Assembly: GCF_000014785.1 (NCBI RefSeq) | Contig: NC_008340.1 | Location: forward strand, 1,740,001 to 1,772,000 | DNA: 32,000 nucleotides | Source: Alkalilimnicola ehrlichii MLHE-1 | GTDB lineage: Bacteria; Pseudomonadota; Gammaproteobacteria; Nitrococcales; Halorhodospiraceae | Direction of reading: 5' to 3' | Shown here: piece by piece, positions 8,068 through 21,223 of the stretch | Layout of the letters: every line of letters begins with the position of its first letter | Position numbering within the stretch: position 1 is the stretch's first letter | Made by a program: the position numbers and the translations under genes | Notes under the pieces: model-generated | Databases searched by the model: none | What the model saw: only the letters and a program-made list of their open reading frames with translations | Told to the model about the DNA's origin: nothing

Positions 8068-8975
8068 AAGCAGATGTTATTGCCTGGCAGGCCAAACGCG
8101 AGCTTGAGGGCCGCAAGTACCCGACACTCCAACGAGCTTACGGCGCGCTGAAAACCCTGCTAAACCGGGCCGCAACGCATGACGATGTGCTGGATGCCAA
8201 CCCGTTACGCGACGTCAGCCTGGAGGCGCCACATTGCGACGAGGTGGACAGACAACTGGAGGCTGAGCAGGCTGTACGGCGTCTGCTCACGACCGAGGAA
8301 GTAAAAGGACTTCACGACGGTCTGAAAGCCTTTGAGGAAAATAAGCGCCGCGAGCGCCGTAACAGCCGAGCACATGGCAAAGCCTACCTGCCCGACGCAG
8401 ACGCAATGGCCTACCCTCATTGGTTCATACCCTTTTGCTGCATCGCATTCTATACCGGCCTGCGGCCCGGCGACATCCTCGCCCTGACATGGACGAACCT
8501 GGACCCGAGGCTTGGCAGGCTTAACCTAGTTCCACAGAAAACGCGACACCATAGGAATCCGGCCCGTGTAACCATGGACTTAGTGCCCGAACTCGTTGAG
8601 ATTGTACGGGCTTGGTGGCTACAGCAAGGCAAGCCGACCACCGGATTGGTATTCCCCTCCCCCGATACCAACAGAAGGATGGACAAGCAGGCACACTTGA
8701 GATCATGGCGGCATGTTAAACGCCTGGGAGGGCTACCCGAGGACCTCGACTTTTATACGCTCCGCCACCATTTTATCAGCACCTTGGTGGCTGCCGGGGT
8801 GCCTTTGCGAACCGTTGCACAACTGGCCGGCCACAAATCCACCGAAATGATCGAACGCCACTACGGGCACCTCTGCCCCGACGCGGCGAGCAGCGCGATT
8901 GATGCGTTCAGAAAGTCACTCCCGCCTTCGCTGTCAGAACCGCCTGGCACTGTCCACTCAGGGGTGCGGAAATAA
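8061..8975 (+). pseudogene. tyrosine recombinase / phage-type integrase, 5'-truncated by the IS nest
   Basis: Catalytic signature present: TGLRPGDI (Arg I), YTLRHHFIS (His-x-x-Arg), GHKSTEMIERHYGHL (His ... Tyr). Only the tail of the N-terminal core-binding domain remains. The apparent ATG at 8061 lies inside the IS3 terminal repeat, and island sequence starts at 8068. Confidence 0.8.
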
Positions 8976-9049
8976 TTGCCATCAACAGGTGATTACGAAT
9001 CAGTAGCCTTAGGGATCCAAGTGATTGATCGCAACAGCACTAAATCCAC

Positions 9050-9550
9050 AGCCCTATCAGTCAACGTAGTTGTCGCCTCAACGCAACCAGCAGGTGACAA
9101 CCATGAAGCACTACTCCGCGGAGCGTAAGGAAGCTGTCCTGCGCAAGCTGGCACCACCGATGAACCTCACTGTCCCTGAGGTGGCCGAGGCCGAGGGGAT
9201 TTCCGCGGCGACCTTGTACAATTGGCGTAAACAGGCCCGCGAGCGAGGACAGGTTTTGCCATCACGAGGATCCACCCCGGAGGGCTGGAGCAGCGAGGAG
9301 AAATTCCGCGTCGTGCTCGAGACCGCGCCGATGACCGAGGCGGAGTTCAGCGCCTATTGCCGTGAGAAGGGGCTCTATCCCGAGCAGGTCGAGGCCTGGC
9401 GGGAGAGCTGCATGAATGCCAACGCTAACTCGGCCGAGCTGGACAAGCGTTCGCGCCAGGAGCGCAAGGCCGAGCTCAAGCGCGTGAAGAAACTCGAGCG
9501 CGAGCTCCGGCGCAAGGACAAGGCCTTGGCGGAGACGGCGGCGCTGCTAA
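9050..9550 (+). mobile_element. left end of a second, different IS3-like element, truncated by the IS66 insertion
   Basis: The left terminus (a)GCCCTATCAGTCAACGTAGTTGTCGCC recurs inverted at about 26284. The orfA reading frame is cut at 9550/9551 by the IS66 IR. Confidence 0.65.
9103..9550 (+). pseudogene. IS3-family OrfA (HTH, Transposase_8-like), 3'-truncated
   Basis: MKHYSAERKEAVLRKL ... GISAATLYNWRKQARERG HTH followed by the coiled coil KRVKKLERELRRKDKALAETAALL. After codon ~149 the frame runs into IS66 sequence (9551 onward). Confidence 0.7.
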
Positions 9551-9636
9551 GTAGGCGATCCACAAACCCCATCTGTTGCGCCCGGAGCTGATTCGGGAAA
9601 CTGCTCCCATCGAATCCAGATGAGGAGGTCAGTTCC

Positions 9637-9843
9637 ATGTGGTTGTCACCAGCGCGCGCCCGTTGGTTGGGGTATCTGCATCATGCGCACGCTTGCGGCC
9701 TGTCGCTGAGCGATTATGCCCAGGCGCAGGATTTGAGCCTCGCCGAGCTTTTGGGCTGGGAGCGTCACCTGGCAGCGCTCGGCATTGCGGTGCCGCAGCG
9801 CCACCGGCCGGCCCGGTTTGTGGCCGTGGCGGTGCAGCCATGA
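9637..9843 (+). CDS. tnpA: IS66-family accessory protein TnpA (small)
   Basis: 68-aa ORF with RBS gaggagg at 9622-9628. Its stop overlaps the tnpB start (ATGA at 9840-9843), which is the expected position for the family. Confidence 0.6.
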   Translation: MWLSPARARWLGYLHHAHACGLSLSDYAQAQDLSLAELLGWERHLAALGIAVPQRHRPARFVAVAVQP

Positions 9844-10196
9844 TCCGGCCCGATACCCAGGTCAATGTCTATCTCTGTCGCGAGCCGGTGGACATGCGCA
9901 AATCCATCGATGGCCTTTCCCTGCTCGTCCAGGAGGCGATGGCGCTCAATCCGTTCGAGCAGGCGGTGTTCGTCTTCTGCAACCGGCAGCGCGACAAGGT
10001 CAAGATCCTCGCCTGGGAGCGCAATGGCTTCGTGCTCTGGTACAAGCGCCTGGAGCAGGAGCGGTTCAAGTGGCCGGATCGGCTGCAGGGCGACACCCTG
10101 ACCCTTTCCGGGCAGGAACTGAACTGGCTGCTGGATGGGTACGATATCGCGTTGATGCGCCCCCATAAAGCGTTGCATTATCAGGCCGTTGGTTGA
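9840..10196 (+). CDS. tnpB: IS66-family TnpB (IS66 Orf2-like)
   Basis: 118 aa: MIRPDTQVNVYLCREPVDMRKSIDGLSLLV ... FVFCNRQRDKVKILAWERNGFVLWYKRLEQERFKWP, the hallmark IS66 Orf2 sequence. The annotated ORF 9639.. is an upstream in-frame extension. Confidence 0.9.
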   Translation: MIRPDTQVNVYLCREPVDMRKSIDGLSLLVQEAMALNPFEQAVFVFCNRQRDKVKILAWERNGFVLWYKRLEQERFKWPDRLQGDTLTLSGQELNWLLDGYDIALMRPHKALHYQAVG

Positions 10197-10240
10197 TCTT
10201 TTTGCTTTTGGAGGGGGCCTGATTCTGCTATAATTGGGCC

Positions 10241-11833
10241 ATGAAATCAGCGGCCATTCAACCAGATAGGGATGTCTCCCGCCTACAGCGTCAGGTCGCT
10301 GAGCTGGAGAAAAAGCTCGCCGAAAAGGACGCCCTGTTGGCCACCAAGGAAGCCCACTGGGCTGCCCGCGAGTGCTCCATGTTCGAGCAGATCCGGCTGC
10401 TGCTCGACAGCCGTTTCGGCCCCTCCACCGAACGCTACCACGTCGATCAGCAGCAACTGCAGTTCGACGAGGCCGAGCAGTATGCCGATGCACCGGTCAC
10501 CGAACCGGAGGCAGAGGCCGCTCAAGCCGGCGAGACGGCCCCGAGCGTGCCGGCCAAGCGCCGGAACCGTGGCGGCCGCGTGCGGCTGCCCGCGGAACTG
10601 CCACGGGTCGAGGTGGTGCACGATATCCCCGAGGCACAGCGCTACTGCCCGCATGGCGGCAGCGAGCTGACCTGTATCGGCGAAGAGGTCACCGAGCAAC
10701 TGGATGTCATCCCCGCCCGGGTGCAGGTCCGCCGCCACATCCGCCGCAAGTACGCCTGCAGATGCTGCGAAGAAGGCGTGCACACCGCAAGCATGCCGCC
10801 GCAACCGCTGCCCTGGAGCATGGCCAGCCCCGGATTGCTGGCCTACATCGCCACCGCCAAGTATGAATACGGGCTGCCGCTCTACCGCCAGGCCAAGGGC
10901 TTCGAGCGCAAGGGCATCCCGCTGCCGCGTAACACCCTGGCGCGCTGGATGGTGGGCATCGGCGAGCTGCTCACCCCGCTGGGGCAGGCCCTGCAGGACC
11001 ATCTACTGGCCCAGCCGCTCATCCACATGGATGAGACCACGGTCCAGGTGAACACCGAGCCGGGGCGAACGGCCTCCAGCACCTCCTACATGTGGGTCCA
11101 GCGCGGTGGCCCGCCCGGTGAGCAGGTGGTGCGCTACGACTACGACACCAGCCGCTCCGGCCGGGTCCCCCGCCGCCTGCTCGGCGACTATGCCGGCGTG
11201 CTGGTCACCGACGGCTACGAGGGCTATGCCCAGGTGGTGCGGGAGAATGGCATCACCCATGCCGGCTGCTGGGCGCATGCCCGGCGGAAGTTTGTCGAGG
11301 CCCAGAAGGTCCAGCCCAAGGGCAAGACCGGCAAGGCCGACTGGGCGCTGAGCCTGATCGGCAAGCTTTACCGCGTCGAGCGCGAAGGCAAAACCCTGGA
11401 CCCGGAGGATCGCCTGGTGCTGCGTCAGCGCCAGAGCCGGCCGCTGATCGACAAACTCCAGCGCTGGCTGGAGAAGTCCATCACCCAGGTGCCGCCGAAG
11501 ACCGCCATCGGCAAGGCCCTACGCTATCTCCAGACCCAGTGGCCCCGGCTGACCCGCTTTCTCGATGATGGGCGAATCCCACTGGATAACAATCCGGCGG
11601 AGAACGCCATCCGACCCTTCGTAGTGGGTCGAAAGAACTGGCTATTCAGTCACACCACCCAGGGCGCGTCGGCCAGCGCGATGATCTATAGCGTGATAGA
11701 GACGGCCAAGGCCAACGGGCTGGAGCCCTACGAGTACCTGGAAGATGTCCTTACCCGCCTGCCGGCTGCGGACACCGACCAGGCGATTCACGCCCTGCTG
11801 CCCTGGAACTGGGGGAAGACCATACAGGCCTGA
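10241..11833 (+). CDS. tnpC: IS66-family transposase TnpC
   Basis: 530 aa. N-terminal leucine zipper, Cys-rich Zn-finger region (CPHGGSELTCIGEE ... YACRCCE), DDE core (HMDETTVQV, VLVTDGYEGY, GCWAHARRKF), and IPLDNNPAENAIRP near the C-terminus. Confidence 0.92.
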   Translation: MKSAAIQPDRDVSRLQRQVAELEKKLAEKDALLATKEAHWAARECSMFEQIRLLLDSRFGPSTERYHVDQQQLQFDEAEQYADAPVTEPEAEAAQAGETAPSVPAKRRNRGGRVRLPAELPRVEVVHDIPEAQRYCPHGGSELTCIGEEVTEQLDVIPARVQVRRHIRRKYACRCCEEGVHTASMPPQPLPWSMASPGLLAYIATAKYEYGLPLYRQAKGFERKGIPLPRNTLARWMVGIGELLTPLGQALQDHLLAQPLIHMDETTVQVNTEPGRTASSTSYMWVQRGGPPGEQVVRYDYDTSRSGRVPRRLLGDYAGVLVTDGYEGYAQVVRENGITHAGCWAHARRKFVEAQKVQPKGKTGKADWALSLIGKLYRVEREGKTLDPEDRLVLRQRQSRPLIDKLQRWLEKSITQVPPKTAIGKALRYLQTQWPRLTRFLDDGRIPLDNNPAENAIRPFVVGRKNWLFSHTTQGASASAMIYSVIETAKANGLEPYEYLEDVLTRLPAADTDQAIHALLPWNWGKTIQA

Positions 11834-11950
11834 GACCGAGCTCGGTAGGTGGGCGGGGTGGACCGCTTACTTCGGGACCTGTCGGAAGAAGCTTCGGGTT
11901 GAGTAGTGTCGGGCCATGTCTCCCTCCCCAGCCGTCCTGCCAGAATCTCC

Positions 11951-11989
11951 TTGGATTATACGGGACGATGCAGTACATTACAGTACATT
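11951..11989 (+). promoter_or_regulatory. putative sigma70 promoter overlapping a tandem operator-like repeat
   Basis: TTGGAT (11951-11956), then N17, then TACATT (11974-11979). Tandem cagtacatt repeats lie at 11971-11979 and 11981-11989 with a 10-bp period. The site is 26 nt upstream of the RHH gene start. Confidence 0.3.
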
Positions 11990-12014
11990 TGCAGCCACCC
12001 TGCGAAGGACCCTG

Positions 12015-12209
12015 ATGGCCACCACTAAGACCGCGACCGTGACCTTCCGCATTGATCCAGCCGTGAAGGAGGGGCTCCGTACCGCTGCCGCCCGGGAGCA
12101 CCGCTCCATTGCCAACATGGTGGAGGTGTTGATCCGGGATTATTGCGGGCGCAACGGCATTGCAATCCCCGAGAACAACGAACGGCCGCATGGAAAAGAC
12201 AACACATGA
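12015..12209 (+). CDS. ribbon-helix-helix (CopG/Arc/MetJ-type) DNA-binding protein
   Basis: 64 aa starting at MATTKTATVTFRIDPAVKEGLRTAAAREHRSIANMVEVLIRDYC. This has the beta-strand, helix, helix pattern typical of RHH proteins. The stop overlaps the SNF2 start (ATGA at 12206-12209). The track ORF 11916.. is an N-terminal extension. Confidence 0.7.
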   Translation: MATTKTATVTFRIDPAVKEGLRTAAAREHRSIANMVEVLIRDYCGRNGIAIPENNERPHGKDNT

Positions 12210-15097
12210 CGATCACGGCCCACCACGCCAAATACTATGCCTATGACCTGACGCGTCAGGCCCCTCCCGGCGCGGCGGACCAGCTCTCCATGTCGCTGTT
12301 CGATGCGTCGGTCGATCTGAACCCCCATCAGATCGAGGCAGCGATGTTCGCCCTGCAGTCCCCGCTCTCCGAGGGAGTCGTGCTTGCGGACGAGGTGGGC
12401 CTGGGCAAGACCATCGAGGCGGGCATCGTGCTGTGCCAGCGGTGGGCGGAGCGCCGCCGGCGCCTGCTGGTGATTTGTCCCGCTGCGATACGCAAGCAGT
12501 GGGCCACCGAGTTGCAGGAGAAATTCAACCTGCCCGCTGTGGTAATGGATTCCCGCGCCTACCGGCAATTCCAGCAACAGGGCCAACCACGGCCATTCGA
12601 GCAGCGGGCCGTGATCCTGGTCTCCTACCACTATGCGGCTCGTATGCAGGACGACCTGCGTATGGTGCGCTGGGAGCTGGTGGTCATTGATGAAGCCCAC
12701 AAGCTGCGCAATGCCTACCGGCCCAGCAACAAAGTGGGCCAAGCCATTCGCTGGGCCACCGAAGGCCGCCGCAAACTGCTTTTGACCGCTACGCCATTGC
12801 AGAACAGCCTGATGGAGCTGTACGGGCTGGCGAGCCTGATCGATGATCACATCTTCGGCGATCCCAACGCCTTCCGTTCCCAGTACGTCAATGCCGGTGG
12901 CGATCTGGCCGGGCTGCGCCAGCGTCTGGCGGGCTTTTGCAAACGCACCTTGCGCCAGGAGGTGCTTGAGTATGTGCGCTACACTGAGCGCCGGGCGCTG
13001 ACCCAACCCTTCCGGCCAACTGATGCCGAGCAGAAACTCTACGACCGCATCTCCGAGTTTCTGCAGCGGGAAAACACCTACGCCATTCCCGACCGTCAGC
13101 GCCACCTGATCGTGCTGATCCTGCGCAAGCTGTTGGCCTCCAGCTCAAACGCGATCGCCGGCACTCTCGAGAGCCTTCGCGACCGGCTGATCGACCTGCG
13201 CGACAGTGAGCAACTGGAGCTGGACTGGAGCAGCCAACTGATCGAAAGCGAGGAAATGGAAACCGAGCTGCTGGACGAGTGGCTGCCGCCGGAGGAGAAC
13301 GGCGAGGCCAATGGTAAGACCGAAGACAATCGTCCGGAACCGAAGAAGCTGCGCGATGAAATCAGCGAGATCGACAGTCTGGCCAAGGCTGCCCGCGCCA
13401 TTGGTGTGGATGCCAAATCCTGCGCACTGCTCACCGCGCTCGATGTCGGTTTCCAGGAGATGGGTCGAATGGGGGCGCGGGAAAAGGCGTTGATCTTCAC
13501 CGAATCCCGCCGAACCCAGGACTATCTGAAAGACTATCTGGAGCAGAACGGTTATGCCGGGGAGGTGCTGCTGTTCAACGGCACCAATGCCGGCCCTGAA
13601 GCCAAGGCCATCTACGAGAACTGGGTCGGCAAAAACCAGGAAAGCGGCCGCGCCACCGGTTCCCGCGCCATCGATGCCCGGCTGGCGCTGGTGGAGCATT
13701 TCCGCGACAACGCCAAAATCATGATTGCCACGGAAGCAGCGGCGGAAGGCGTCAACCTGCAGTTCTGCTCGCTGGTGATCAATTACGACCTGCCCTGGAA
13801 CCCCCAGCGTATCGAACAGCGCATTGGTCGCTGTCACCGTTACGGCCAGCAGCACGATGTGATCGTGGTCAACTTCCTCAACGAGCGCAACGAGGCAGAC
13901 CAGCGCGTGCATGAGTTGTTGACGGAGAAGTTCAGTCTCTTCAACGGTCTGTTTGGTGCATCCGATGAAGTGCTGGGCCAGCTTGAGTCTGGCGTCGATT
14001 TCGAGAAGCGCATCCTCGCCATCTACCAGCAGTGCCGCACCTCGGATGAAATCGAAACCGCCTTTCGCCAGCTCCAAGAAGTACTGGAGGAGCAGATCAA
14101 GAGCCGCATCCAGGAAACCCGCCAGACCCTGCTGGAGCATTTCGACGAAGACGTGCACGCCCGGCTGCGCTTGCGGCTGGAAGACGCCCAGGCCCAGCTC
14201 GACCGCATCGGCCAGCGTTTCTGGCAAGTCACCGGGCACATACTGGATGGCCGCGCACGCTTTGATGATGCCAGGCTGGTCTTCGATCTCCACGAGCCGC
14301 CAAAGGCCGACATCCGGCCTGGCCGCTACCACCTGATCTCCAAGACGCGCAGTGGTGAGCAGGGCGAATCGCCGGACTACGGCTACTACCTGTACCGCCT
14401 CTCCCATCCGCTGGGCGAGCACGTCATCGAATCGGCCAAGCAGCAGCCGACGCCCACAGCGCATCTGCGCTTCAACATCACCGTCCATCCGGGGCGCATT
14501 GCCCTGGTGGAAGCACTCAAGGGTAAGTCCGGTTGGCTGACATTGGCTCGGCTGACCATCGAATCTTTCGAAACCGAGGAATACCTGCTGTTCTCCGGCA
14601 TCGACGACGAAGGCCGCTCGCTGGACAATGAAACCTGCGCCAAGCTGTTTAACGTCGCCGCTGACAATCGTGGCCCGGCGGACTTGCCCGCCGAGGTGGA
14701 GCAGCGCCTTGCCGCTGAGCTTGCCCAACACCAGCGCGCCACTGCGAACCGCTCGCTGGAGGCCAACAACCAGCACTTCAACGCCGCCCGCGAACGCCTG
14801 GAACAATGGGCGGAAGACAAGATGCTGGCCACCGAGAAAACGCTCAAGGACACAAAAGAACAGATCAAGGCCCTGCGCCGTCAGGCCCGACAGGCCGAAA
14901 CCCTGGAAGATCAGCACGACATCCAGGAACGTCTGAAACAACTCGAGCAGCGCCAGCGCAAGCAGCGCCGGGACATCTTCAAGGTGGAAGACGAAATCGA
15001 AGAACAGCGCGACAGCCTCATTGCCGCGCTGGAAAAACGCCTTGCCCGAGACCAGCGTAGTGAGCGCCTGTTTACGCTGCGCTGGTCCGTCGTATGA
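12206..15097 (+). CDS. SNF2-family (SF2) helicase/translocase, 963 aa
   Basis: Helicase motifs: [14 protein letters not shown] (I), [10 protein letters not shown] (II, DEAH), [16 protein letters not shown] (III), [10 protein letters not shown] (IV), [12 protein letters not shown] (V), [18 protein letters not shown] (VI). The roughly 330-aa C-terminal extension ends in a K/R/E-rich coiled coil. Confidence 0.9.
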   Translation: MTITAHHAKYYAYDLTRQAPPGAADQLSMSLFDASVDLNPHQIEAAMFALQSPLSEGVVLADEVGLGKTIEAGIVLCQRWAERRRRLLVICPAAIRKQWATELQEKFNLPAVVMDSRAYRQFQQQGQPRPFEQRAVILVSYHYAARMQDDLRMVRWELVVIDEAHKLRNAYRPSNKVGQAIRWATEGRRKLLLTATPLQNSLMELYGLASLIDDHIFGDPNAFRSQYVNAGGDLAGLRQRLAGFCKRTLRQEVLEYVRYTERRALTQPFRPTDAEQKLYDRISEFLQRENTYAIPDRQRHLIVLILRKLLASSSNAIAGTLESLRDRLIDLRDSEQLELDWSSQLIESEEMETELLDEWLPPEENGEANGKTEDNRPEPKKLRDEISEIDSLAKAARAIGVDAKSCALLTALDVGFQEMGRMGAREKALIFTESRRTQDYLKDYLEQNGYAGEVLLFNGTNAGPEAKAIYENWVGKNQESGRATGSRAIDARLALVEHFRDNAKIMIATEAAAEGVNLQFCSLVINYDLPWNPQRIEQRIGRCHRYGQQHDVIVVNFLNERNEADQRVHELLTEKFSLFNGLFGASDEVLGQLESGVDFEKRILAIYQQCRTSDEIETAFRQLQEVLEEQIKSRIQETRQTLLEHFDEDVHARLRLRLEDAQAQLDRIGQRFWQVTGHILDGRARFDDARLVFDLHEPPKADIRPGRYHLISKTRSGEQGESPDYGYYLYRLSHPLGEHVIESAKQQPTPTAHLRFNITVHPGRIALVEALKGKSGWLTLARLTIESFETEEYLLFSGIDDEGRSLDNETCAKLFNVAADNRGPADLPAEVEQRLAAELAQHQRATANRSLEANNQHFNAARERLEQWAEDKMLATEKTLKDTKEQIKALRRQARQAETLEDQHDIQERLKQLEQRQRKQRRDIFKVEDEIEEQRDSLIAALEKRLARDQRSERLFTLRWSVV

Positions 15098-15158
15098 CGG
15101 ACAACAACGGCAACCAGAATCAAGCAATCAACGAAAACACGACAAGGACTATCGCAGC

Positions 15159-18388
<3,230 letters not shown>

Positions 18389-18392
<4 letters not shown>

Positions 18393-21220
18393 GCCAGAAC
18401 CTTACACCCGTGAACAACGAATGGCGTTTTCCCGGTGCCCGCTGGTGGAGCTTCGACTTTCACACGCATACGCCCGCGTCCAGTGACTATGGGAAAGGAC
18501 CAGATCAGGCGGAATTGAGAGAGATAACGCCGGAAGAATGGTTGCTCAAGTTTATGCGGGCAGAGATTGACTGCGTCGCGGTCACTGACCACAACTCAGG
18601 CGATTGGATTGATCGGCTAAAGGCTGCGCTAGACCATCTCCGCGAGCAGCAGCACGCGGATTATCGGCCCCTCTGGCTCTTTCCAGGTGTCGAAATTACA
18701 GCCAATGGAAATATCCATATTCTGGCCATCTTTGATCCAGCCAAGGATGGTGCGGATGTCAGTGCGCTGCTGGGGGCGGTCGGCAATCACGGCAACCGGG
18801 GGGAGAGCAACCGTGCCGTGAACGCTTCCCCAATCGAAGTGATTCAGAGAGTCGTAGAAGCCAGTGCGTTGCCCGTGCTGGCCCACGTAGACGGCCCTTC
18901 CGGCGCCTGGGAGCTAGGCGGCAATACATTAACGCCCTTGCTTGAGTGTGAAGGCCTATTTGCAATGGAGGTGGTTAACCAATGCTCGGAAAAGCCTGCA
19001 CTATACGGTCAGAAGCACCTGCGCTGGGCAGAAGTGCTGGGGTCTGACGCGCATCACCCTTCCGGCCCCGACGGTGCGCGCTATCCGGGTTCGCATTGGA
19101 CCTGGGTAAAAATGGCGCAACCATCGCTGGAAGGCTTGCGCCTTGCCTTGCTTGATGGTGAAGGGTTCTCCATTCGCCGCAGTGATGATCCGGAACCGTT
19201 CGACCCAAACGCGCTGCCTGAGAATTTTATCGAGTCAGTAGAAATTGACGATGCCCGCTATATGGGGCGTGGTCAGCCGGAAACCCTTTCCTTCAGCCCG
19301 TGGTTCAACGCGCTGGTAGGCGGGCGGGGGACAGGAAAATCGACCATCGTGCACGCACTGCGGCTGGTGTTGAGGCGCGAGAATGAGTTGCAAGCCCTGG
19401 AGCAAGGCAGCGAGCCGCGCCGTACTTTCGAAAAATTCAGTCGCGTAGCACGTGGGCGAGACGACGATGGTGCGCTTACGCTGGATACCCATGTGGCACT
19501 GACCTTTATTAGGGACGGCACACGTTATCGCGTGTACTGGCGTCAAGATGGCTCGGGTTCGATCGTCGAAGAACGAAAAGATGGTGAGTGGCGTGAATCG
19601 GATAATCAGGCGGTGATTCCCGAGCGTTTCCCCATCCGGCTGTTCAGCCAGGGCCAGATCGCGGCACTAGCCGGCGGAAGCCATCAGGCGCTGCTCGATT
19701 TGATCGATGAAGCGGCGGGAGTGGATGCCGAACAAACCGCGCTGCGTGAGGCACGGCAGACCTATTTGTCTCTACGCGCCAAAGCGCGTGAACTGGAAGG
19801 CCGGCTTCAAGGGCGTGATGCACTGAAGGTCCGCTTGGAAGACGTGCAGCGGAAATTGAAGAAGTTCGAGGAAGCCCATCACGCCCATGTGCTAAAGGCG
19901 TATCAGCGTCGATCCCGACAGGAACGGGAAGTTAACCGCCAGTTTGAATCGGTTGCTGAAATTGTGGGCCGTGTTCGTGAACTCGCAGAAGAATTGGCGG
20001 CGGAGGATGTCCCGGAGCAACTGTTCGATGAGCAGAACGAACAGGACAAGGAGGCGCTGGCCCTCGTGTCGGGTCTCCATCAGGCGATTGAATCCGCCAC
20101 GAAGGCGTTGAAGGGCACGGCCAATGACTTGGCGGCCACGGTCCGGAAAGAGCGGGAAAAACTCCCGGATACTGACTGGCAGCAGGCAGTGAGCAAGGCG
20201 CGGACCGATTACGAGAAACTTGTCAGGGATCTAAAGGAACAGGGTGTCGCGGATCCTAGCGAGTATGGCCAGTTGGTACAGGAGCGGCAGCGGCTGGAAA
20301 ACCAGTGGAAGGAATTGGAGTCGTTAGCCGCGCAGCGCAGCCGAGTCCTGGATCAGGCCGAAACCCAGCTCGAGTCGGTTGTAGCGGCTCGGCGGGCGCT
20401 CAGCGAGCGGCGGGAAGCCTTTCTTGAGGAGAGTCTGGCCGATAACGAATATGTGCAGATCAACCTGAAGCCTTACGGCCAAGATGTCCGTGCCATGGAA
20501 CGAAGCTTGCGAGAATTGTTGGGCGCGGAAGGCTCAAAATTCGAAGCGGATATACTGATTGAAGAAGATAGCCAGCCTGCCAAGGGGATTGTCGCTGAAC
20601 TGATTAAACAGTTACCTGATGATCTTACTCAGGCAAAAGGGGAACTTGAACGAAGGGTCGGCCAAATCAAACGGCGCCTGAATGAATCCTGCCGGGGCAA
20701 CGGCATTTTCGGTGGTCACTTCAACAACTTCCTTTCCAAGCAGGCGAGTAATCGCCCTGAGTATGTCGATCACATAATGATGTGGTATCCGGACGATGGC
20801 TTGGATGTGAGGTACAGTCAAAAAGGCGATGGGCGGGATTTCAAATCCATTGAACAGGCATCGGCAGGTCAACGCGCGGCTGCGATGCTGGCATTTCTGC
20901 TGGCCTACGGCTCTGAACCGATTGTGCTGGATCAGCCAGAAGATGATCTCGATAATCACCTGATTTACAACCTGGTGGTTCGCCAATTGCGTGAAAACAA
21001 GCGGCGGCGGCAGATTATTTCCGTAACGCATAATCCCAACATTGTGGTCAATGGGGATGCCGAAATGCTCCACGCACTGGATTTTCGCGGCGGCCAGTGT
21101 CGGGTGATCGAAAAAGGCTCGCTACAGGAAGAAGCCATGCGCGATGAGGTTTGCCATGTCATGGAGGGCGGCCGCGATGCATTCGAGCGGCGTTATCGTC
21201 GTTTGGGCAAGGAGGTATAG
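18389..21220 (+). CDS. PHP-domain phosphoesterase fused to an SMC/RecN/OLD-like ABC ATPase with a long coiled-coil insert, 943 aa
   Basis: PHP metal ligands: [27 protein letters not shown]. ATPase motifs: Walker [10 protein letters not shown] (about 19319-19345), signature-like SAGQR, Walker [12 protein letters not shown] (about 20923-20952), H-loop SVTHNPN. About 300 aa of heptad-rich sequence lies between Walker A and the signature. Confidence 0.85.
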
Positions 21221-21223
21221 GGC

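Larger units (their letters stand above)
9551..11870 (+). mobile_element. IS66-family insertion sequence (2320 bp)
   Basis: tnpA-tnpB-tnpC gene order. Terminal IRs are GTAGGCGATCCAC (9551) and GTAAGCGGTCCAC (reverse complement of 11858-11870), matching the family-typical GTAAGCG tip. The flanking 8-mers gctgctaa and ttcgggac differ, so there is no target-site duplication. Confidence 0.85.

Noticed and set aside
13145-15127. 660-aa antisense ORF opposite the SNF2 gene. Similar long antisense or shadow ORFs occur at 12140..13105(-), 15438..16388(-), 17859..18362(-), 22765..23493(-), 23887..24792(-), 4218..5060(-), 5061..5687(-), 9765..10493(-), 10283..11002(-), 28181..29320(+), 29125..30411(+) and 30799..31575(+).
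   Set aside because: They lie opposite genes with unambiguous motif sets. Their translations are low-complexity and rich in Arg, Ala, Gly, Pro, Leu and Val, as expected from stop-codon depletion in high-GC DNA. They have no RBS or recognisable domain.
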